From NCBI GenBank assembly GCA_963710245.1, contig CAVPZK010000020.1:21193-85192 (forward strand): a stretch of DNA of 64,000 nucleotides. The letters run 5' to 3'. The position numbers and the translations under genes were made by a program. Position 1 is the stretch's first letter. Every line of letters begins with the position of its first letter. Source of the stretch: an uncultured Alphaproteobacteria bacterium. GTDB taxonomy: Bacteria > Pseudomonadota > Alphaproteobacteria > Rhizobiales > Methyloligellaceae. Shown in pieces: positions 59,476-64,000 of the stretch. A model generated the notes under the pieces. It made no database searches and was not told the DNA's origin. It worked only from the letters and a program-made list of their open reading frames with translations.

Positions 59476-61152
59476 TTAATAGGAGGCGAGCACCTTGGCG
59501 TCAAATTTGCGCTGCTCATCCTCGGCGCGCGGCGCGACGCCAAGGATAGGGGCAATGCGCTCGATGATCTTGCCCGCGGTGGGCGCGGCGTTGACGCCGG
59601 CCGTCGCCTGGTTGCTCGACTCAGCGACCCGCTGCGGCTCGTCAAGCATGACCAGGACAAGATATTCAGGCGCATCTGTCGGGAAGGTCGAAAGGAAGCT
59701 CGTCAGCAGCGCCGACGTGGAATAGCGGCCGCCGACCACTTTCTCGGCCGTGCCGGTCTTGCCGCCGACACGATAGCCTTCGGCATTGGCGCGCTTGGCG
59801 GTGCCTTTCAGCACGTTGAGGCGCATCAGCTTCAGCATCGCCGTGCTCGTCTCGCGCTTGAGCACTCTTGCGCCGCCCGCCATGCCCTCCTCGCGCGAGC
59901 GCGGCAGGAAGGTTGGGGGGACGGCGATCCCGCCATTGACGAGAGGCAGCGCCGAGACCGCGAGCTGGAGCGGCGTCACCGACATGCCATGGCCGAAGGC
60001 AATGGTCATGGTGTTGAGCTTCTGCCAATGCGTCGGGATGATGGGCGCGGCGCTCTCGCCGATCTCGGTCGGAACCCGGCTCATCAGGCCGAGCTTCTTG
60101 AGGAAAGCGCGGTGGCGATCGATCCCTAAGTCGAGCGCCATCTTGGCGGCGCCGATATTCGACGAATAGATGAACACTTCCGGCACGCTCAGGCTGCGAT
60201 GCTGGCCGTGGAAGTCGTCGATGGTGAAAGAGGCATAATGGATCGGGCTCGAGGCGTCGTAGTGCGAGCGCATTGACGCAAGCCCGGTGTCGAGCACGCC
60301 GGCGACGGTGAACACCTTGAACACCGAGCCCATCTCGTAGACGCCGAAGCCGATGCGGTTCAAGCGGTCCTTGTCGAGCGCCTGCTCGCGGCGATTGGGG
60401 TCGTAGTCGGGAAGCGAGACGAGCGCCAGGATTTCGCCGGAGTGCACGTCGATGACGATGCCGGCAGCGGCCTTGGCGCGATAGGTCTTGACCGCCTTGC
60501 CAAGCTCCTCGCGCAGCACATGCTGCGCGCCGAGATCGAGCGAGATTGTAACCGCTTCCTCATTGCTCATGGTGAGCTGCGGATTGTCGTCGATGAATTT
60601 CTCGATGCCGGCGAGGCCTCGGTTATCCACGTCGACCAGACCGACTACGTGGCTCGCAGTGGCGGCGACGGGATAGACGCGGCGATACTCCTCGATGAAG
60701 GCGAGACCCGGGAGGCCAAGCTCGTGGATCTCCTCCTGCTGCTTCGGCGTCAGCTCGCGCTTGATGCGGACGAAGCGGCCACCTGCCCGGAGCTTGGCGC
60801 GAAGCGCCTTGGCATCGACGTCGTTGAGCACGCTCGTCACCTGCTCGGCCAGCTCGTCGATATCGATGACTTTGGCCGGATCGGCGTAAAGCGTCGCGCC
60901 CTTGATGTCGGTGGCGAGCAGACGGCCGTGGCGATCGAGAATGTCGGGACGGTGCACCGTCGAGGAAATGTCGTAGAGCCCGCCGCCGCCTTGACCGATA
61001 CCGGCGAACCCGAGTGTCACCAGCCGCCCGCCGATGAGGAGAAAGGCAAGCGCAAAGGCAAGGCAGGCAAGACGGAAACGGTAGCGGCCGCGCGCGAGAT
61101 AGGCTCGCTCGGCGCGGGCTGCGGCGGGATCTGATTTCGCGGTGTCTGACAC
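59476..61152 (-). CDS. ftsI: Penicillin-binding protein FtsI (PBP3)
   Basis: RPDILDRHGRLLATD, YEMGSVFK (SxxK), YSSN (SxN), GGKTGTA (KTG). Confidence 0.95.
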   Translation of the reverse strand: MSDTAKSDPAAARAERAYLARGRYRFRLACLAFALAFLLIGGRLVTLGFAGIGQGGGGLYDISSTVHRPDILDRHGRLLATDIKGATLYADPAKVIDIDELAEQVTSVLNDVDAKALRAKLRAGGRFVRIKRELTPKQQEEIHELGLPGLAFIEEYRRVYPVAATASHVVGLVDVDNRGLAGIEKFIDDNPQLTMSNEEAVTISLDLGAQHVLREELGKAVKTYRAKAAAGIVIDVHSGEILALVSLPDYDPNRREQALDKDRLNRIGFGVYEMGSVFKVFTVAGVLDTGLASMRSHYDASSPIHYASFTIDDFHGQHRSLSVPEVFIYSSNIGAAKMALDLGIDRHRAFLKKLGLMSRVPTEIGESAAPIIPTHWQKLNTMTIAFGHGMSVTPLQLAVSALPLVNGGIAVPPTFLPRSREEGMAGGARVLKRETSTAMLKLMRLNVLKGTAKRANAEGYRVGGKTGTAEKVVGGRYSTSALLTSFLSTFPTDAPEYLVLVMLDEPQRVAESSNQATAGVNAAPTAGKIIERIAPILGVAPRAEDEQRKFDAKVLASY

Positions 61153-61164
61153 GGCTCGGGTGGA

Positions 61165-61623
61165 TTACTGAACTGAAGCTTCGACCGGTTTCACGATTTC
61201 CGCCTCAGGCCAGGGCACGGAGGCGGGCGCTGCTCCCGCCGCCGGCACGTTGGCGACGGCCGCCGGCCGCTTGACCGAACCCGAGGGCTTCGGCACCGGC
61301 ACCTGCGCCGCGACGGGGGCCGCGGCCTGGAGCCGGGTGCGGTCGAAATCGCGGTCGGTTACGGTGTCGACGGTGACGAGCTGAGTGGGCTTTGCCGGGG
61401 CGAGCTTCAGATATTTCTGAGCCAGCCGCTCGATGCGTTCGGGACGATTGAGCAGGCTCCATTCGGCGCGAAGCACCGCGATGCCATCCCGCTCCTCGTC
61501 GATTTGCTTGGCGAGCGTGGCGATTTCGGCGTCGAGCGCGCGCGATTCGTACTTCACCTGATAGATGACGTAAGCCAGCGCGACGAGGCCAAGCACGAGA
61601 CAGATATTGACGAAACGCAGCAT
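61165..61623 (-). CDS. ftsL: Cell division protein FtsL
   Basis: TM segment plus coiled coil, LRAEWSLLNRPERIERLA; lies between rsmH and ftsI. Confidence 0.88.
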   Translation of the reverse strand: MLRFVNICLVLGLVALAYVIYQVKYESRALDAEIATLAKQIDEERDGIAVLRAEWSLLNRPERIERLAQKYLKLAPAKPTQLVTVDTVTDRDFDRTRLQAAAPVAAQVPVPKPSGSVKRPAAVANVPAAGAAPASVPWPEAEIVKPVEASVQ

Positions 61624-61651
61624 TTTGGAACTCGCAGACTGAAGTCGACCC

Positions 61652-62680
61652 TCACATGCCAAAGCTGAGCCGCGGCACCCCGAGCGCGGCCAGGTCGAGA
61701 GGATGCGCCGGAGCCTCGGTGCGCTCCGCCGCCCTGAGGCGTGCCGAGCGGGCCCGAGGATTCCGCCTGATCTCGGCCTGATTCGGTTCTACCGGACGCC
61801 GGTTAAGAAGCCGGAAGCTCGGGGCAAGAATTTCGCCACCTGCCTCCGGGAGATGTCGCGAGGCGCGGGGTGGCGGGGCGCTGCGGCTGGCAAAGAAGCG
61901 CTTGGCAATCCGATCCTCGAGCGAATGAAAGGTGACGACGGCAAGCCGGCCCCCCGCCTTCAGCAGAAGCTCGGTGGCGGAGAGGCCGCGCGCCAACTCG
62001 TCAAGCTCCTCATTGAGGTAGAGGCGCAAGCCCTGAAAGGTGCGGGTCGCGGGGTGTTTCGCCTCGTCGCGGGTGCGGCCGAGCACGCCGGCGACGATAT
62101 CGGCGAGTTCCGCCGTGGTCGCGATCGGGGCCGCGGCGCGGCGCTTGACGATGGCCTTGGCGATCGCGCGGGAGCGACGCTCCTCGCCGAGCTTGAAGAT
62201 GATCTCGGCCAGCTCCTGCTCGCCCAAGGCATTCACGATGTCGCTGGCTGACGGGCCCCCTTGCCCCATGCGCATGTCGAGGGGGCCCTCCTTGCTAAAG
62301 GAGAAACCGCGGGCGGGCTCATCGAGCTGCATCGAGGAGACGCCGAGATCGAGCACTACGGCATCGACGGCGCTGAATCCTTCGCTCGCGGCGATTTCGA
62401 CCATCTCGCTATAGCGGCCGAGCACCGCCAGCATTCTCCCTGGATAGGCTTCCGCCAACTCGCCGCTCAGGCGAAAGGCTTCGGGATCGCGGTCGATGGC
62501 GATGATCTTGCAGTCGGCATGATCGAGGATGGCCTTGCTGTAGCCGCCGGCCCCGAAGGTGCCATCGACGATGATCTCTCCGTCCTTCGGCTCAAGCGCG
62601 GCAAGTATCTCGGAGAGCATCACGGGAATGTGGCGGGCCGGTCCGCCGGCGGCAGCCGTGCTGCCGCGACCCGCCATCAT
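61652..62680 (-). CDS. rsmH: 16S rRNA m4C1402 methyltransferase
   Basis: HIPVML, VDGTFGAGGYS, LDLGVSSMQLD, HPATRTFQGLR, TFHSLEDR, NPRARSARLR. Confidence 0.97.
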   Translation of the reverse strand: MMAGRGSTAAAGGPARHIPVMLSEILAALEPKDGEIIVDGTFGAGGYSKAILDHADCKIIAIDRDPEAFRLSGELAEAYPGRMLAVLGRYSEMVEIAASEGFSAVDAVVLDLGVSSMQLDEPARGFSFSKEGPLDMRMGQGGPSASDIVNALGEQELAEIIFKLGEERRSRAIAKAIVKRRAAAPIATTAELADIVAGVLGRTRDEAKHPATRTFQGLRLYLNEELDELARGLSATELLLKAGGRLAVVTFHSLEDRIAKRFFASRSAPPPRASRHLPEAGGEILAPSFRLLNRRPVEPNQAEIRRNPRARSARLRAAERTEAPAHPLDLAALGVPRLSFGM

Positions 62681-63159
62681 TCCCGTGCTCCCTCTGGCCC
62701 GCCGCTTCCGCGGCGCCCCGCGCCGAGTAGTTTGCGGAGATCGCGCACCTTCTGGCGCGCCCCCGCGAGATGAGTTTCGAAACGCTTCGGCTCCCACAGC
62801 TGGAATTTCTCGCCGAGGCCGACAAAGGTGATGTGGGTGGTGATGCCAGCGTGCTCGCGCAAACGCTCAGGCAGAATGGTGCGTCCGTCCTGATCGATGG
62901 ACAGGATTTCGCTGGTGCCGAACAGGGCTGTGGCGAGCTGATCCTTCTCGTCGGAATAAGGTGCGAGGTCCTCGACCAGTGCGTTGATCTTGTCGATGAG
63001 GCGTTGACCGCCGGCGTCGAGCGCGGGCGCGTCGAGCGAGGGATAGCAATAGATGCCGTCGAGACCGTCTTTGGCGAGAACTGTGCGGAATGAAGCGGGG
63101 ACCGAGACTCGACCTTTGGTGTCGATCTTATTGGTGAAAGTCGAGACAAACTGGTCCAT
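62677..63159 (-). CDS. mraZ: Division/cell wall cluster transcriptional repressor MraZ
   Basis: FVSTFTNKIDTKGRVSVPA, IDQDGRTILP, FVGLGEKFQLWEP. ATG at 63159 with a G-rich RBS. Confidence 0.95.
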   Translation of the reverse strand: MDQFVSTFTNKIDTKGRVSVPASFRTVLAKDGLDGIYCYPSLDAPALDAGGQRLIDKINALVEDLAPYSDEKDQLATALFGTSEILSIDQDGRTILPERLREHAGITTHITFVGLGEKFQLWEPKRFETHLAGARQKVRDLRKLLGAGRRGSGGPEGARE

Positions 63160-63313
63160 CTCCCCCTCACGCACCCGAAGCCGACACGGGACGAATTCAA
63201 AAGCTGAGGTGCAGGCGCCTGCCCGCAAAATGATGGGAGAGGCGGCGCAGATCCCCCCGTGGCCTCTAAGGAGCGCGGCCAGCCTCTCCCACTTACTCAC
63301 CGAACGGGCAATG

Positions 63314-63349
63314 ATGGGATAGCATGGGATTTTATGGGCGTCAATGGAG
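63314..63349. promoter_or_regulatory. MraZ-binding repeats (ATGGG at a 10-bp period)
   Basis: ATGGGA at 63314 and 63324, ATGGGC at 63334, ATGGAG at 63344, upstream of mraZ. Confidence 0.7.
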
Positions 63350-63593
63350 CGCAGCGGGGGACGCATAGTTGCGCACGGGAAAACCGCCGCCAAACTGCCG
63401 CCGCCGTCTTCGTTTTTGGTTAACCGGCACGATTGCCGCTTCGCTGCGAAGCGGGTTACAACGGCAAACGAACGGGGTTGCACCATTTCCGCTACTGATT
63501 CGCGGGGCGCGGTCTTCAGAGGACCGCAGCGGAGCGGAGGTTGCGCCCCCTGTTCTTGATCGCGACGAGGGGACCCCGCGGGTCTAAGGGTGC

Positions 63594-64000
63594 ATGGTCA
63601 AGAGACAGCTGAAGGCGACGCTCGGCCTTGCAGCCATCGCGCTTGCGCTCGGCTCTTGCGGGCTCAGCGCCGGTGACGGAACCGATGGACCTTACACACG
63701 GCTTGGTCCGCTGGATGCCCCGGTTAAGCTCTATTACGAAGATGTGGGCAACGGCCCGCCTCTCCTTCTCATCCACGGCTTCGGCGCCAGCACCTATACG
63801 TGGCGCCATATCGCGCCCGAGCTCGCCTGGACGCACAGGGTCATTGCCGTCGACCTCAAGGGCTTCGGCCAGTCAGACAAGCCGTTCGACAGCCGCTATT
63901 CGGTGTTCGATCAGGCTGAGCTGTTGGCCGAGCTCATCGAGGAGAAGGACCTCCACAACCTCACCCTGGTCGGGCATTCCTTCGGCGGCGGCATTGCGCT
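63594..64000 (+). CDS. Alpha/beta hydrolase with probable lipoprotein signal, truncated by the window edge
   Basis: Hand translation: MVKRQLKATLGLAAIALALGSC..., LLIHGFGAS, AVDLKGFGQSDKP, LVGHSFGGG (GxSxG). Not in the ORF track. Confidence 0.88.
   Translation, partial: MVKRQLKATLGLAAIALALGSCGLSAGDGTDGPYTRLGPLDAPVKLYYEDVGNGPPLLLIHGFGASTYTWRHIAPELAWTHRVIAVDLKGFGQSDKPFDSRYSVFDQAELLAELIEEKDLHNLTLVGHSFGGGIA

Noticed and set aside
63160-63593. RNase P RNA (rnpB), which I recall often lies upstream of mraZ in Rhizobiales
   Set aside because: I did not find the conserved GAGGAAAGUCC or CAGAACCCGGCUUA motifs on either strand.

Overview
High-GC alphaproteobacterial chromosome segment. Gene content suggests Hyphomicrobiales; this is an inference. 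It is mostly housekeeping. From left to right: a partial ABC-F ATPase, DUF2165, ilvC-ilvN-yqhA-ilvB, a kup tandem (a divergent intact copy and a broken copy), miaA-degP-DUF2065-hflC-hflK, folA-thyA, a circularly permuted two-piece tmRNA with sspB, a glutaminase-STAS-cNMP fusion, an orphan HWE kinase, fumC, a giant AsmA-like gene, uvrD with small secreted proteins, a TMEM143-prmA-aminopeptidase P-SemiSWEET run, ligA-recN-bamD-lpxC, and the whole ftsZ...mraZ dcw cluster. About 21 apparent single-base frameshifts hit genes including ftsZ, ftsQ, ddl, murB, murF, bamD and uvrD. They most likely reflect an error-prone assembly, so split ORFs are joined here. I found no mobile element, CRISPR array, rRNA or tRNA, and nothing I can call a clearly new multi-gene system. 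The best leads are a LexA (SOS) box upstream of an unannotated small Cys-rich secreted protein, a Kup lacking a conserved acidic residue while its canonical twin is decaying, the glutaminase regulatory fusion, and the TMEM143 operon context.
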